Shown here in pieces: positions 26,101-39,543 of a DNA stretch of 51,970 nt; position 1 is the stretch's first letter; every line of letters starts with the position of its first letter. Where the stretch lies: contig JAUCBJ010005394.1 in the NCBI GenBank assembly GCA_032718475.1, forward strand, positions 1-51,970, written 5' to 3'. The notes beneath the pieces were generated by a model that ran no database searches, was not told where the DNA came from, and saw only the letters and a list, made by a program, of their open reading frames with translations. A program made the position numbers and the translations under genes. The stretch comes from Nemertoderma westbladi. Taxonomy: Eukaryota > Animalia > Xenacoelomorpha.

Positions 26101-26989
26101 ACACTTAAAATAATATAGTTTATTTTCATATCATTATTTCCATAGCTATAAATATGTCTACCCATAATGTAGTATTTATTTGTTATTGGAAATTCTTAAT
26201 CTTATTACATAATATTGTTATAGGCTCTAGGTCTATATATAATTCGATATTAAATTTTAAATTTCGATTAATCTAATCAATAGTAAAACAAAATACTGTA
26301 TCCTAATTTTTTTCATTTGTTAATTATCTATTAAGCAATAAACGATATCATCGAAAGTAATATAGTTAACCCCTCAACAATAAACAAGGCGAAACCACGC
26401 AGTAAAACAGCATCCTAAACTCTTAAAAACTTTAGTTAGGCCTATAGGTACTTAAGATGAGAAACACAGCAAATTATATTTGCTTAATAAACAATAATGA
26501 CTGTGAAAGTGAAAGTTCTCTGGCAGTGAATCCGTCCGTAGTAGGCCTACAGTGTCACAGAAGGGTGTAAAAATAACCCACCGAATATGACCGCCAGTCT
26601 TCTCAGCCTAGGCTGAGAACACTCCCCAGTTTTCTTCCTAGATTTCTTAATTACCAGAAAGGAGCAGGTTACAGTGGCTGGCTTTTCTAACCAAAACAAT
26701 AAACGATATCTCAATAACATAGGTTAAAGTTTTATTTTTGCAATATACGAAAATAACACAGGTACGGATATGAATTATAACGCAAGTAGGGGAGGAGTCA
26801 TCTCCGCCTAATGGAAGTGTTATAAGCCTAGGATGAGATGACTGAGGAGTCATTGCAAGGAGTTATCAGTTATCTCAGCCTTGTACAAGGGCGTAGGTAT
26901 TGTAAAATCTCGTGAGTTTTTATACAATAAATTGTAATTAATTAGCTCAGCTCAACCACATTCCATTCGCACTCGAGGCTGATGATACC

Positions 26990-27065
26990 ATTAAGTAGCA
27001 CATGGGAAACTAGTTGGATTTGTAACCCAGAGATCGCGGGTTCGAATGCATTCAGAGATCCGGCA
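26990..27065 (+). mobile_element. tRNA-derived SINE head (degenerate)
   Basis: Pol III B-box gggttcgaatgc near 27038, preceded by tRNA-like gatttgtaacccagagatcgc; no full cloverleaf. Confidence 0.5.
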
Positions 27066-28114
27066 TTTTCGTGTATCAGTTTGATTATTACAGATTTTCT
27101 AGGGCTATGTTTTTTTGAATGAATAATAACTGAAACGCTGGCGTGAATTATCACGCAATAATTAAGCGGAATTCTCTATTAATTGTTATCAAAGTGAGAT
27201 ATTTGTTGTTGATTTCTTGTACAATTCCACAAAACAACAGTATTACTGTATGTTGTGAATGTAATGTGTGCATGAGATGTCGAGACTACTAGCCAGTAAT
27301 CAACCAACCGCCTTTTAAAATAAAAAATTATATTTTTTGAATAATCTATTTTTTGAAGTGTTATGATGACTTTCGCAGGGACCTGTTTTTTAAGTGTTGA
27401 TGAATCTTTTAACTTCCATTCAAAGTAGTAGATTTTATTTCGAGAAATACATGAATGATAAGGACATCATTCCATTAAGTCTGTGTTAATCGTTATAATC
27501 TTCCAATGCCAACCTTCAGTAATTGGTTTAGTGGAGGAGGGTATATCTACACGCACATTGGCATACAGGAGGGGCAATGGAACCCACCGGACCGGACCGG
27601 TACCAAGGCCAGCAGGAGGTGGAGCAGAAAACAACCCAATTCATGTTCTCCAATAACTCAATAGAATTGTAATCTGATTTGCTGCGTGAATGCCGTATTA
27701 ATCAGAGATTCACAAACAATAAAGCGACTTATATAAATATTATTTAGTGACCCTCGTGAAATTGATCGGATCACCAATTACCAAACTCTAACAGCTCGCT
27801 GGGTCTGTGTTTGTATAGTTTATATTGTGGCTAATAATAGTGGGTTAGTTACATAATGTTTAGTGTACTACTGTATCTAAGTGAACAAATTTTGCTTTTA
27901 TTTAAAGTTTTTGTTCCTTGAGTTTCGCATCTATATTGTTTATTTATTTATTTATTTTATTTTATATTACATTATTTAAAAAGTAAGCAGATTATGTAAG
28001 AGTTGTGCCGTGTACAGTACAACCTCGCGAATACAGCCCAACTAAATTATAATACAAGTAGGCTAAAAATTATCCTGATTGGATGAGTAGACCTACCAGG
28101 TGTTCCATAATGAT

Positions 28115-28147
<33 letters not shown>

Positions 28148-28770
28148 CCATCCAAAACTGCCAGACATGCACCATAGTATAATATAGCGTAATATAACTC
28201 CGAAAGGAATTAATTGATAAAGGGGAAAGAATACCGAAAAGAAAATACAGGGATTTTATCAATGAAATTGCTTTCATGACCGCCGCCGCTAAGTTGCTGG
28301 GGGGGGAGGGGGGGGGGGCTTTTTCTGAAACATTCAGTGGCACTGTGCGCTTGGTGTCCAACAGCGGTGAAATCCAAAGTTATGGGCCCTTTCTTGTTCC
28401 AGGTTTGGCGCCTACATGTCTGGGTTTTAGGTGTAGTCGACTTCAAGGCACTCCAGGTTCGTCCAGGTCGCCAATGCGTTTCAAGGGAAGACCTAGACTC
28501 CATTGGTCATTATGGATCCAGGGGAGTCTGAAGTTGGTACTGTAGCTGCCAGTGCAGTGATCACAATGTTGCTGATTGAATATATACAATATATTGAATA
28601 TAAGATTGTCGAAGAACATAGCAGAGATGGTAACCCCCCCGCGGATACTCCTCCCACTCCCATGCTGTAAAACATTATTACATTACATTTTTCGGACATC
28701 ATCTGTACGTAAACACCATATTATAATGATATATGAAAATGATTCCCTATGTAAAACCAAGACAATAGAT

Positions 28771-28886
28771 TAGCCGTAACGCGACTTTTTGAGTAGCCGT
28801 ACCGCGACTTTCAAAGTGGCGTTACAGCTACTCAGATAATTAGCCGTAACGCGACTTTCCGAGGCGCGACATTAGCCGTACCGCCA
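28771..28886. repeat. Repeated tagccgtaacgcgacttt motif (4 direct copies plus one inverted), likely a transposon end
   Basis: Direct copies near 28771, 28794, 28842 and 28873; inverted aaagtggcgttacagcta at 28813-28830. Confidence 0.65.
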
Positions 28887-29890
28887 CTGCGCCGATCCCG
28901 ATGCCGATGTGTACAGTAAGTACAGGATATTATATATACCAATATAGAACATAAAGAGAGAATTTAAATTTGCACACTCAACTGATGATTTCAATTATTT
29001 TATCTTGTGTAGAACCTAGGAAAGTTCTTACATGCCTGCAGGTGATCAAATATTTTACATATTTATAAGCAATAAACATTCTCTATATTTTTTAATTGTT
29101 AAATTAAATATGTATAGCATATCCATTTCAGCATCTCAATATTTTGTTTAAAAGCTTCACTTTGATATTTCATTATTGTAGGTCGCCAGTCGCACGCAAC
29201 GTTACTAACTTACAGCATACTAACACTAACAACGTGAGGACCCGGTAGGGTGTAACAGTACTGTACCTACCTCTGTACTGAAGTAGAGGAGGTATATAAG
29301 AAGAGGAGTAATATGGGGAAGGTTGTAAGGTTTAAGTACCCCGGTTGGGATCGGGACGTGACACGAACTACGCAGCGCACTAAATATCTCCCAGGCGGTC
29401 CACCGATAGTAACATTTTATTAGTATATTGGGAGAAGGTTGAACTACATGGCTTTACATTCAATTGATATTAACGCCGCGGAAGTATGTAATAATTATTA
29501 ATGGTTTTCGTTTTATATGTTACATAAGTTAACTAATTCTGTCTGCTATAATTATATTACGGTCTTCATTTGAAATTATTACAGTATTCATATTATTTGT
29601 TATTATATATCATCACCGCATACTGTAGTATTTGTCATGTGAAGTACTATTTTGGGAATTTCGCCTTGATGTGGCTGTGATAGAGAAATGACAAAGATAA
29701 GCTGCGTTTGATAAGCATTCTTGGAAAGATGATATTATACCGAATTTTATTTCATAATATTGAATAAATGTGAGCTGATAGTTTGCATGTTTAGGAAGGA
29801 ATTGTTTCCTCCAATTTGGTGGTGTCCGGTGTCACACCCTAAAAGTACACAGAGTCCGTTGAATAAGAGTCCGTTGTCCGTAAAATAAAT

Positions 29891-30330
29891 ATGCATCACA
29901 CAACTCAACACCTCGGTAACTACGATACGACGACCGCATTAAAAGAAACCCCAGGAGTTTTTCCTGCGAAATATTCGCAGGAAGATTTTATCTTAACATC
30001 ATCGACACTAAACGATGTATATCACACATCCAAACTATTTACCTGGACGCGACGCACTTTCATTAAGTTTAAAGGTCCCTTGGGGGCGGCCTTTACCCCA
30101 ACCCAACATTAATCAGAGTTGCCACAGGGACGAAGCCTCACATCACCACGAGACATAGGCGACTTATTAGCTGATCGCTCGGGGCTTTGTGTCCCCGAGA
30201 TTTGCGTCAACACGCGATACAGTTCGCTAAAATACCAGCGCAATGCGAATGTAGTTATTGCGATTGAACCGCGGGCGAGATATAGCAATTTATGAGATTG
30301 GGTTGCCATACTCAGCATTTGTATGTACAT
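29891..30330 (+). pseudogene. MAM-domain-like coding segment with in-frame stops
   Basis: One frame reads FTWTRR...GP...H*SE..QGRSLTSP...ICVNTRY...VVIAI...NL*DW, the order of MAM motifs (F.W.R, GP, L.SP, C..F.Y, LW). TAA at 30110 and TGA at 30293. Judged by eye only. Confidence 0.3.
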
Positions 30331-31304
30331 TAAAAGGCTCATAATTCTCATGGTGTATGTTATAACACAGAAAGAACCTCCGAGCTACCCTTAATCAACT
30401 AGCTATCGCACATAGTTTTATCACGAATATCTAACTGCGAACTATTAGAACCGCCTTATATGAGTTGGGGTCTTGAAATTGAGTTAATGGCGCAAAATGA
30501 CATTAAACACAGAATATATATTTAGTGGAATTAAAATATTAATTTAATTTAATTTTAAACATTAAGGAGCAGGTTTCAGTGTTGGTGTTTTTTTTGACAA
30601 AAACAATAAACAAACTGTATTTCATATGAATCCAATTTGCGCTGGAAATCATTTTTTTCAATTGCGGTTAATGTGCGCCACAATCGGTGAATTTTAGCAT
30701 TTATTTCGTGGTTGTCATAAAATGAGCGGTTTTAATTTTTTGAGATTAAGACAGGAAAACCTAATCAGAACCTTATTATTTGATTAATAATATACACACC
30801 GTTGTATCCAACTGTGTATGAATCTACACATGTACAACCTCTTATGGACATGGATTGGATTGGGCATTGGCACTGTACTACAGTTTAGTACTTGTGGGTC
30901 TTTTTGGGATAATATAAAGTAATCCTACACAAAGTAGGCCTAGTATACTTACAGTATATTTTTATGATACATTAGGAAAACTTATACATATACTGTACTT
31001 TTTGATTGACTCAGATTTTAATCATATGATCATATATAATCTTTAAATCATTTGTTATGGTCTCTATCTATAATACAGTAATATAACAATAATAGGCATG
31101 TCTTCTTTTATTACTCTTTTTATACATTATTAAACTGTTGCAAATTTTTTCTTTGGAATAATTTCAATCTAATTTACTTTAATATATTTTAGTAATTATC
31201 ATAGAATAGCTAATAATTTAAATGAATTAGGCCGATGTGAATAACATTATTTAATTGTTTTTTTAAACCAAAATAAATTAGAAAATAAATAATTTTGTTG
31301 GGAA

Positions 31305-31433
31305 ATGACAGAAACATTCTGTTCGTCGTCTTTCTCCACCGATTTGTGCGGATGGGAGACGGACTTTCCGGCATTCTTCTTCGAGAGAGTGAAAAAGAAA
31401 CCGCGAGCAAAGTCGACTTCATCGTTGATTAAG
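31305..31433 (+). CDS. Putative exon encoding the start of a MAM-like domain
   Basis: FCSSSFSTDLCGWETDFPAFFFER resembles the MAM start C.FE.DLCGW....F.W.R. Phase-0 donor AAG|gtaata. The 5' boundary is uncertain (ATG at 31305 or acceptor at 31311). Confidence 0.45.
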
Positions 31434-31621
31434 GTAATAAAGTTGAAAGTAAACTCTTTATGTACCGGTAAAAAAGGTAAAGTATGTCACGGGTCGGATG
31501 TTTAAAGATTAGCCGTAAAATTTTAAAGACAACAAATCTAATGTAGAAGTAGTTAAGGTTAAAATCTGTAAATGAAATATAAAGTTAAATTATAATTAAC
31601 ATAGAACAGCAGTTACATGTA

Positions 31622-31805
31622 AGGTAGGGATGGTGCGACAAATTAATTTCTATCAAACCCCTTTCTTTACTCCCCACCAGAAGCCAGGTTCTCATACCGC
31701 TGGGTTGGCGGTTCAGTTACGAAATTGTAACTGTCTCTGCACGGGACCGAACCCGGGACCAACTAGCTCAAGCTGAGGCTAAATTGGTAACAGACTCTAC
31801 CACCT
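31622..31805 (-). mobile_element. tRNA-derived SINE
   Basis: Minus strand reads ggtggtagagt...cccgggttcggtcccg (B-box-like), then ccaacccagcggtatgagaacctgg. The tail agggatgg(t/c)gc..caaatt is also seen near 38539. Confidence 0.55.
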
Positions 31806-32550
31806 TTATAATCACTTTGTATATAAAAAAAATAGTCAACCTCTCAAATTAAATTTATTTTTAATATCTTTACAAACTACATGTTATGCATTTCAACGCG
31901 AATGTTCAAATACCTTTATTTGGTTTATAATTCAGAGTGTTATTTTACACTTTACAGTGTGGGGCGAGTCACGCAGTCAGGGCGAGCGTTAGCTCTTCAA
32001 TTCTCTAACAATTATAATTACCGGTAGTAAATAGGGCAAAATGTCATATCCGTCTGTCTGTCCGTCTGTAATGAAAATTTCATTCGTAAATAACTTTTGA
32101 AGATTTTAACCGTTTTGAACTAATTATACTAGAGAAAAAGTTCCAATATTTTTGAAAGTTACGGGCAAATACCTCTCGAACTTTTGACTCCGGATCAAAT
32201 TGAACTTGTTTCGAACTTTCTCAAGTTCGCGTGCTACGCGACTTCCCACGAACGTGTAGTATATAGGTTTCATTATTTGTGGGAAGTGTGTCAATAAATT
32301 ATATGAGTTCAGATCAACCGTAATTCCCTTAATATTTTATATAGGTACCAACCAACAAGTTTTTGTGTCAAGTTTAGTTTATATTTGAAATAATTTATTT
32401 AAATTTCCACTAAATATTTTATTTTGAAATATTTAACGAGCGAAATTTTTTCCATACCACTAAAACTGTTGAGGGATGAATGAATATTGAATTGGCCGAT
32501 ATTCACTTGTATTTTTGTAAAACGTCTATGGATACTAAATAATGTTCCAG

Positions 32551-32810
32551 CTGGGAGACATTCTTATGTCTTGGATTTTGTCATTAGTGTGACACTGCAT
32601 GTCAGTCCTTTGGCCAGCCATCGCACTGTCTATCTGTCTACTGAATTACCAATTACCAAACACAACAGGGTTTCAAGAATACCTTGTATAAGAGATACCC
32701 AACATGAAAACAAGGGGTGTTGATGTAAGAAAATGGAGAACACAAGTCGAACATCTGTTTGTACCAGCCGTATCCATTCCACAAAGTTTACAGTTTGTTA
32801 TTGAATCCAC
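32551..32810 (+). CDS. Putative exon (MAM-like second half) with two in-frame stops; open from ATG 32704
   Basis: Acceptor gttccag| at 32550 in phase 0 and donor AC|gtgggt in phase 2, matching the next exon. Reads LGDILMSWILSLV*HCMSVLW...EYLV*EIPNMKTRGVDVRKWRTQV...LQFVIES. Confidence 0.5.
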
Positions 32811-32910
32811 GTGGGTGGGACTTCAGCAATGTAGCCGAAATGCGATCGAGGAATTCGAAAATCATTTCTATCTATCTTGTCCATCTTTGTTTGGTGCTTG
32901 GGTTGACCAT

Positions 32911-34770
32911 CAATGCCCAGTGCCAATCATCGTTCCCTGCTCTGGCTTTCTATCCACGTCCCGTCCAGTGCCCATCCTTGTTCCCTGATGTGGTGGTCAA
33001 TCAATGCCCAGTGTCCATCATTGTTCCCTGCTCTGGCTTTCTATCCACGTCCCGTCCAGTGCCCATCCTTGTTCCCTGATCTGGTGGTCAATCAATGCCC
33101 AGTGTCCATCATTGTTCCCTGCTCTGGCTTTCTATCCACGTCCCGTCCAGTGCCCATCCTTGTTCCCTGATCTGGTGGTCAATCAATGCCCAGTGTCCAT
33201 CATCGTTCCCTGCTCTGGCTTTCTATCCACGTCCCGTCCAGTGCTCATCCTTGTTCCCTGATCTGGTGGTCAATCAATGCCCAGTGTCCATCATTGTTCC
33301 CTGCTCTGGCTTTCTATCCACGTCCCGTCCAGTGCCCATCCTTGTTCCCTGATCTGGTGGTCAATCAATGCCCAGTGTCCATCATTGTTCCCTGCTCTGG
33401 CTTTCTAACCACGTCCCGTCCAGTGCCCATCCTTGTTCCCTGATCTGGTGGTCAATCAATGCCCAGTGTCCATCATTGTTCCCTGCTCTGGCTTTCTATC
33501 CACGTCCCGTCCAGTGCCCATCCTTGTTCCCTGATCTGGTGGTCAATCAATGCCCAGTGTCCATCATTGTTCCCTGTTCTGGCTTTCTATCCACGTCCCG
33601 TCCAGTGCCCATCCTTGTTCCCTGATCTGGTGGTCAATTAATGCCCAGTGTCTATCATTGTTCCCTGCTCTGGCTTTCTATCCACGTCCCGTCCAGTGCC
33701 CATCCGTGTTCCCTGATCTGGTGGTCAATCAATGTCCAGTGTCCATCATTGTTCCCTGCTCTGGCTTTCTATCCACGTCCCGTCCAGTGCCCATCCTTGT
33801 TCCCTGATCTGGTGGTCAATCAATGCCCAGTGTCCATCATTGTTCCCTGCTCTGGCTTTCTATCCACGTCCCGTCCAGTGCCCATCCTTGTTCCCTGATC
33901 TGGTGGTCAATCAATGCCCAGTGTCCATCATTGTTCCCTGTTCTGGCTTTCTATCCACGTCCCGTCCAGTGCCCATCCTTGTTCCCTGATGTGGTGGTCA
34001 ATCAATGCCCAGTGTCCATCATTGTTCCCTGCTCTGGCTTTCTATCCACGTCCCGTTCAATGCCCATCCGTGTTCCCTGATCTGGTGGTCAATCAATGTC
34101 CAGTGTCCATCATTGTTCCCTGCTCTGGCTTTCTATCCACGTCCCGTCCAATGCCCATCCTTGTTCCCTGATCTGGTGGTCAATCAATGCCCAGTGTCCA
34201 TCATTGTTCCCTGTTCTGGCTTTCTATCCACGTCCCGTCCAGTGCCCATCCTTGTTCCCTGATCTGGTGGTCAATTAATGCCCAGTGTCCATCATTGTTC
34301 CCTGCTCTGGCTTTCTATCCATGTCCCGTCCAGTGCCCATCCTTGTTCCCTGATCTGGTGGTCAATCAATGCCCAGTGTCCATCATTGTTCCCTGCTCTG
34401 GCTTTCTATCCACGTCCCGTCCAGTGCCCATCCTTGTTCCCTGATATGGTGGTCAATCAATGCCCAGTGTCCATCATTGTTCCCTGCTCTGGCTTTCTAT
34501 CCATGTCCCGTCCAGTGCCCATCCTTGTTCCCTGATCTGGTGGTCAATCAATGCCCAGTGTCCATCATTGTTCCCTGCTCTGGCTTTCTATCCACGTCCC
34601 GTCCAGTGCCCATCCTTGTTCCCTGATCTGGTGGTCAATCAATGCCCAGTGTCCATCATTGTTCCCTGCTCTGGCTTTCTATCCACGTCCCGTCCAGTGC
34701 CCATCCTTGTTCCCTGATATGGTGGTCAATCAATGCCCAGTGTCCATCATTATTCCCTGCTCTGGCTATC
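32911..34770. repeat. 91-bp tandem array (about 20 units), intronic
   Basis: ORF starts recur every 91 bp. The unit caatgcccagtgtccatcattgttccctgctctggctttctatccacgtcccgtccagtgcccatccttgttccctgatctggtggtcaat is itself two related half-units. Confidence 0.97.
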
Positions 34771-36200
34771 CATCCATTCCAGTTTCCAACCTTTTCCCCT
34801 GCTCTGGTTGTCCATCCCTGTCCAGTGTCTATCCATGTAACCTGTCTAGTACTACTACTACTAGGTCGACCTACCCAGTAGTGCCCATCCGTATTCCCTG
34901 CCTTGCGTTGCCCTACTCTATGGCGCAATACTGAACATATCAACCTACGATATCAACCAACTGGCTAGTCGGTAGAAGCCCCTCCCCCCATCTCCACAGA
35001 TAATTAGATATTATCTGAATCCTTCGAGCAAACAACCTAAATGATGCCCTGCAGTTGCGCCAAAAACACCTAATTATTTTATCGCGATTTGCCTTACGAC
35101 TGACGATTGGCCTCCCCATCTGTTGACTTAATTAGTCCAGGATTTGGCTTCTCTCCGCAGGATGAAATAAAATCCCCTAAAATTTCCAACAAATCGCCGG
35201 CAGGCAGTCCGAATCAGCCCTCCTTCTTCGCGCTATAATGAATCTTCTTCTTCCTTGAGCTAATTACCGGTTCCCATCGGCAACCTGCAGACACCAGCTT
35301 TACGACTATTAGGTCGCAGTAGGTCCATGCGTTACATATGGACTATAAGATTAATGATTTACCCCCTGCAGACCTCACCTATCTCCTATTCCCTATCCAG
35401 GTTCATTACACCGGTAGTTCTGAATGTTCCATCATTAATGTCCGCACTGAATCCCTAACTGCCACCCGATTCGCTTTGCTACGCTATCAACTCCAGGAAG
35501 GAGGGAGAGGTTGCACTAGGTTAGCTTTGAAGAAATCCCTTAAGATTCCCTGTTTCCTTTACTCTGAAAACATCAAGGCGAAGTATTTGAATTATAAACA
35601 GCGCCAAAGTTTTAGTTAAAGCTCCCACCTAAATGGAATAAATACATTATTAGACAATAAATCTATATAAAATTAACCGACAAGCATAGAAAATAGCCAC
35701 CCAAGACCCACCACTGTTTGACGGACAAACGGACAAGATACACACACGAATTAAATATATCCATAATCAAGACACACTCATAAGGTTTAGATATAGCAGT
35801 AAACAGCACGATATCATGGCTAAAGCCAGTAAACTAGCGATTCACCGTCATATAAACCTCGTTCAAACAATGTTTAAAAACTGATTAGATAGTTCAGTTA
35901 GTAAAATATATTTTGGTTTGTTTTAGGCTAAATCCCCAATCACACCGCAGTCAACTACTTTAACAACAATACATACGGTTCCCATAGTAACTCCATCACG
36001 ACCGCTTCATTCGCAATGGAAACCCAATGGGAAATTTAAATTTAAGCATCATACGAATGTAGAGGATTATGTTACTCAATACAGGTTAATAGTTAAATTA
36101 AATTTTAATTATTCGCCCTATTATATCAAATACTGATAAACATATTTCGCTGAATTGTTCTACACTGGAGGTTTTGTTTATGCTAAAAAATGTCCTTTAG

Positions 36201-36341
36201 GAATGAATGTTGTATTCATGTTGCAAACATCAACCCCAAAGACCTTGAATTCTGGAATGTTGTTCAAGAAGACCCCAATACCTTCTACAACCTTATGAGA
36301 AGTGGTGGGAATAAACCAAAACCTAATTTCAGACACAATGG
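36201..36341 (+). CDS. Internal exon of an uncharacterised multi-exon gene
   Basis: cctttag| acceptor, GG|gtaaga donor, phase 2-2; open frame NECCIHVANINPKDLEFWNVVQEDPNTFYNLMRSGGNKPKPNFRHNG. Confidence 0.7.
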
Positions 36342-36509
36342 GTAAGACAACAGTAATATAAAATACTACCTTTCTATTAACATTATTATGTTACATTAAA
36401 TCAAACATTATTTTACAACAAGCGCGAAATCGCGCAAAGGTCCGCGTCTACTAACGCATGAACTATCTCCTTGACTGGCTTATTACCAATCTTACTACCA
36501 AAAAAATTC

Positions 36510-36580
36510 ACCGAAAAGTGGGGCGAACGCGGTAAATAGAGATTCCAAGTCCCACGCTCTACCAACTTCGCCACTGCGCC
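36510..36580 (-). mobile_element. tRNA-like SINE head or tRNA pseudogene
   Basis: Minus strand ggcgcagtggcgaagttggtagagcgtgggacttggaatc...gcgttcgcccc has A-box-like and degenerate B-box sequences, but its stems do not pair fully. Confidence 0.45.
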
Positions 36581-36911
36581 GTATGAAGCCTTAAAACCAG
36601 AACCCAACTGGAAATTAATAACAACAACACCAACAACAACAATAACGGAGTGAATACTAGAGGTCTCGCTACGCGGACCTAAAAAACAACCACGATTAAA
36701 AAAAAAACATTATTTTATTTAAAACAAACATTATGTTATGTACAGCAATATAAAATATCTGGTACATCAATATTAATAACACCAGAAACTGATACAAATG
36801 ACTTAAGGTGGTAGAATAATAATAACAAAGATTCGTTAAGTCGTTCGTTCTTTTTAGGAAAACTCAACAGACGGTAGTTGCAATGAATCGGGCACCTATT
36901 GTGTGTTACAG

Positions 36912-37032
36912 AGAGTCTTCAGATATGGGGTCGTCTGTACAGAATCTAAAGTATCCTTATAGGTTAACCTTGTTGAAGACATTACCGCCAAGGTTTAGGA
37001 ACTGGTGTTTATCTGAATTCGAAAGATGCCAG
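36912..37032 (+). CDS. Internal exon of the same uncharacterised gene
   Basis: gtgttacag| acceptor (phase 2), CAG|gtaaat donor (phase 0); ESSDMGSSVQNLKYPYRLTLLKTLPPRFRNWCLSEFERCQ. Confidence 0.7.
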
Positions 37033-37329
37033 GTAAATTATATAGCTATTACAATGTTCGGAATAATGTTGTATAATAATAACATTATCTTTTAGAAGAA
37101 TTAGAAGGTATGTCCGATATACCATTGAAGTTGAGATCTCAATTGCATGATATCTATCACTTGATATATGCTGCTATTGTATATAGAACTGGAAATTTCG
37201 TGGATTTGGATTTTTAGTATATAATATAATATCACTACTTTACTACTACTAAGTCGAGCGAATTCGGACAGTGGAAATGAGATCCTTCCAGGCTTCCCGA
37301 TTCTCCATAGTTGTCGCAATTCGTTTCTC

Positions 37330-37820
37330 CCAAGTTCAGTATCCCTTTCAAGTTGATCTATATTATGTTATGGCCGGTCGTCCACGACTACGCTTTCCGT
37401 GTGTTGGTCGCCAGAAATGTAGACCTGGTATGACCTCATGTTTACTTCTCCAGCAGTGCCCACTGCTGCGTTCATGGAGGGTGGTTGATACAGGTGGTAT
37501 TGTACCATAGAGCTCGGCGTTTGTCATGTGTTGTCTCCAGGCTCCAGCAGATGTTTAGGGCTGCCCTTAGTAGTCTTGTAAAACAACCACCATTTCGTTG
37601 TTCAAGTGATTTCGTCAGTGTCCAGGTCTGACCCCCGTATAAAAGTACACATTCCACTGTGGCTCGAAAGAACTTAGTCTTCAGGTGCCTGGAGAGATCT
37701 GATTTCCAGATGGTATCCATTTTTGATAGAGCTACCCAAGCCTTTGCTTTCCTAACTTCTATGTCTTTTTTGCTACTCTCTATCCATGACCCAAGGCACT
37801 GGAAGTCGTCAACCTTCCTT
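37330..37820 (-). mobile_element. RTE-like non-LTR retrotransposon, decayed RT C-terminal fragment
   Basis: KVDDFQCLGSWI...DIEVRKAKAW...IWKSDLSRHLKTKFFRATVECVLLYG.QTWTLTK...LLR.ALNI.W is the typical RTE-clade post-RT region; the frame is disrupted. Confidence 0.88.
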
Positions 37821-38088
37821 AGTTGATTATTATGAATTGTTGTTTATTGGTCTACATATCTACATACTGATACTGTATATTATAGAGACTATACATGTAT
37901 GAATTACTACATATTACATGCATGTTACGGGGCCTACATATATATACAGTAACTACATATTAAAACATACATGTACAATATATATTATGATTCCATGTAT
38001 AGATAGGCCTAGTCAATTCCTGTCGTACACAGTCCAATGAACACTAACAAACTAAAGTACACAACAATAATAATATTTTATAATTCAG

Positions 38089-38447
38089 ACAATCATTGAC
38101 AATTCTGATAATGGGGTGAAAGAATTAACAACATTTGTTGGCCACAATAGAATGCGGACAGTTACGTCTGGGAGAAACGAGACAACATCTACAGCTGGCG
38201 GGTTGCGTGTTGACACGGTTGCTAGGCAACAAGGAGAAGGATTAGGAACAAGGTCCCACACTTTTATGCCTACACTAAAGGAAACACTTCACCACCAGCA
38301 GAAAGCGAAACCTTGCGAAAACCCAGTGCAATTCCCAGACCGCCGCATAACTACTGCAATAACAATTAATCACAAAGTGTACGAAGATAAAGACTTGCCG
38401 TACCATAACAGGAACCATAATGAATTACTGTATCGTTACCCACTGAG
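38089..38447 (+). CDS. Internal exon of the same uncharacterised gene
   Basis: taattcag| acceptor (phase 0), AG|gtaaga donor (phase 2); 359 nt open (TIIDNSDNGVKELTT...LLYRYPL). Confidence 0.7.
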
Positions 38448-39039
38448 GTAAGAAGTAAAAATATTAGGGTAAAAATACCTAAAACATGATACTAGAAGTA
38501 GAAGTAAAGAAAATTAAAGTTTTATAGGCAATTAGGTCAGGGATGGCGCACAAATTCTTACAACTTGTTACCAGTGCGGTGCCCCTAGTAGAACTATACT
38601 CCCCAGAGGAGACTCCAGTACTCATTTATTTGTTAATTTTTGCTCAGTAAAGAAATTACTTTAGCGCATTATTCTGTCAATAATTATTATATACATAATT
38701 GTTCATAAAAAGTATAACTTTAAAGAGTTTCGGCACGAGTGATTTTGTGTATAACAAAGCGAGGGCTATAAAAGCTTTAAAGTGCTACTGTAATTCTGAA
38801 CAATGGCGAATCTAATTTTATTTATTTGTGGGAAATTATTTGTAGTTTATGCACTTAAACTTTCTAGAACAACCTATTAATGACGCGGTGACATCCTGGA
38901 TATATTGGAAATACATAGTAAAATGTATGGCGTAGGGACATACAGAGAAATAATGTCGCACTGCGATATAAAGCTGGAAAATATGTCGTCCTGGTGATTT
39001 GGTAGAGCGAATTAAACTAATTAATATTAAATAAAATAC

Positions 39040-39150
39040 AATTAAATATTAAATTAAATTAAATATTAAATTAATTAAATATTAAATTAAATTAAATATT
39101 AAATTAAATTAAATATTAAATTAAATTAAATATTAAATTAAATTAATATA
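39040..39150. repeat. Pure-AT 17-bp tandem repeat
   Basis: (aaattaaatattaaatt)n, about 6 units. Confidence 0.85.
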
Positions 39151-39543
39151 AAATAATATTTCAAAAATAATATTTTCCTCGAAATGCAGATACTGGGTGT
39201 AAATGCTGCCGGTACGCCTACAACCGATAATCGCAGACATCAATGACAAATGTGAAATTATTGGCTCTTATTTATTGTTTTGATTAGAATTGCCTTGCAA
39301 TTGTATTCTGCTGTGGTTATCGGCATCGCTTTTAGAGCTGTAGACGATTCTTTAAATTTGACGAAACAGTATATATAGACTTTACATTTGATTTCATTTT
39401 GTTCTGTCTTTCGACCTAGGCTACCATTATTCTCTAAAAATGTTTTCATCCACTATCTGAAGTTGATAATTACTGGCAATTATTTCTCACTTGGTTATTC
39501 TTTGTCATTTTAATTATTTTATATTTTAATTTTCCTGTTATAG

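Noticed and set aside
30818-30922. Signal-peptide-like short ORF as first exon of the MAM-like gene
   Set aside because: The available donors give the wrong phase or create a stop when joined to the 31312 exon.
29891-32810. Genome-wide stop-codon reassignment
   Set aside because: GLCE, NOL9 and septin end in TGA, torsin in TAA and cytochrome c in TAG at expected positions, with no internal stops.
32913-34943. Many overlapping 85-aa ORFs
   Set aside because: The 91-bp period is not a multiple of three, so each frame hits a stop; this is a non-coding array.
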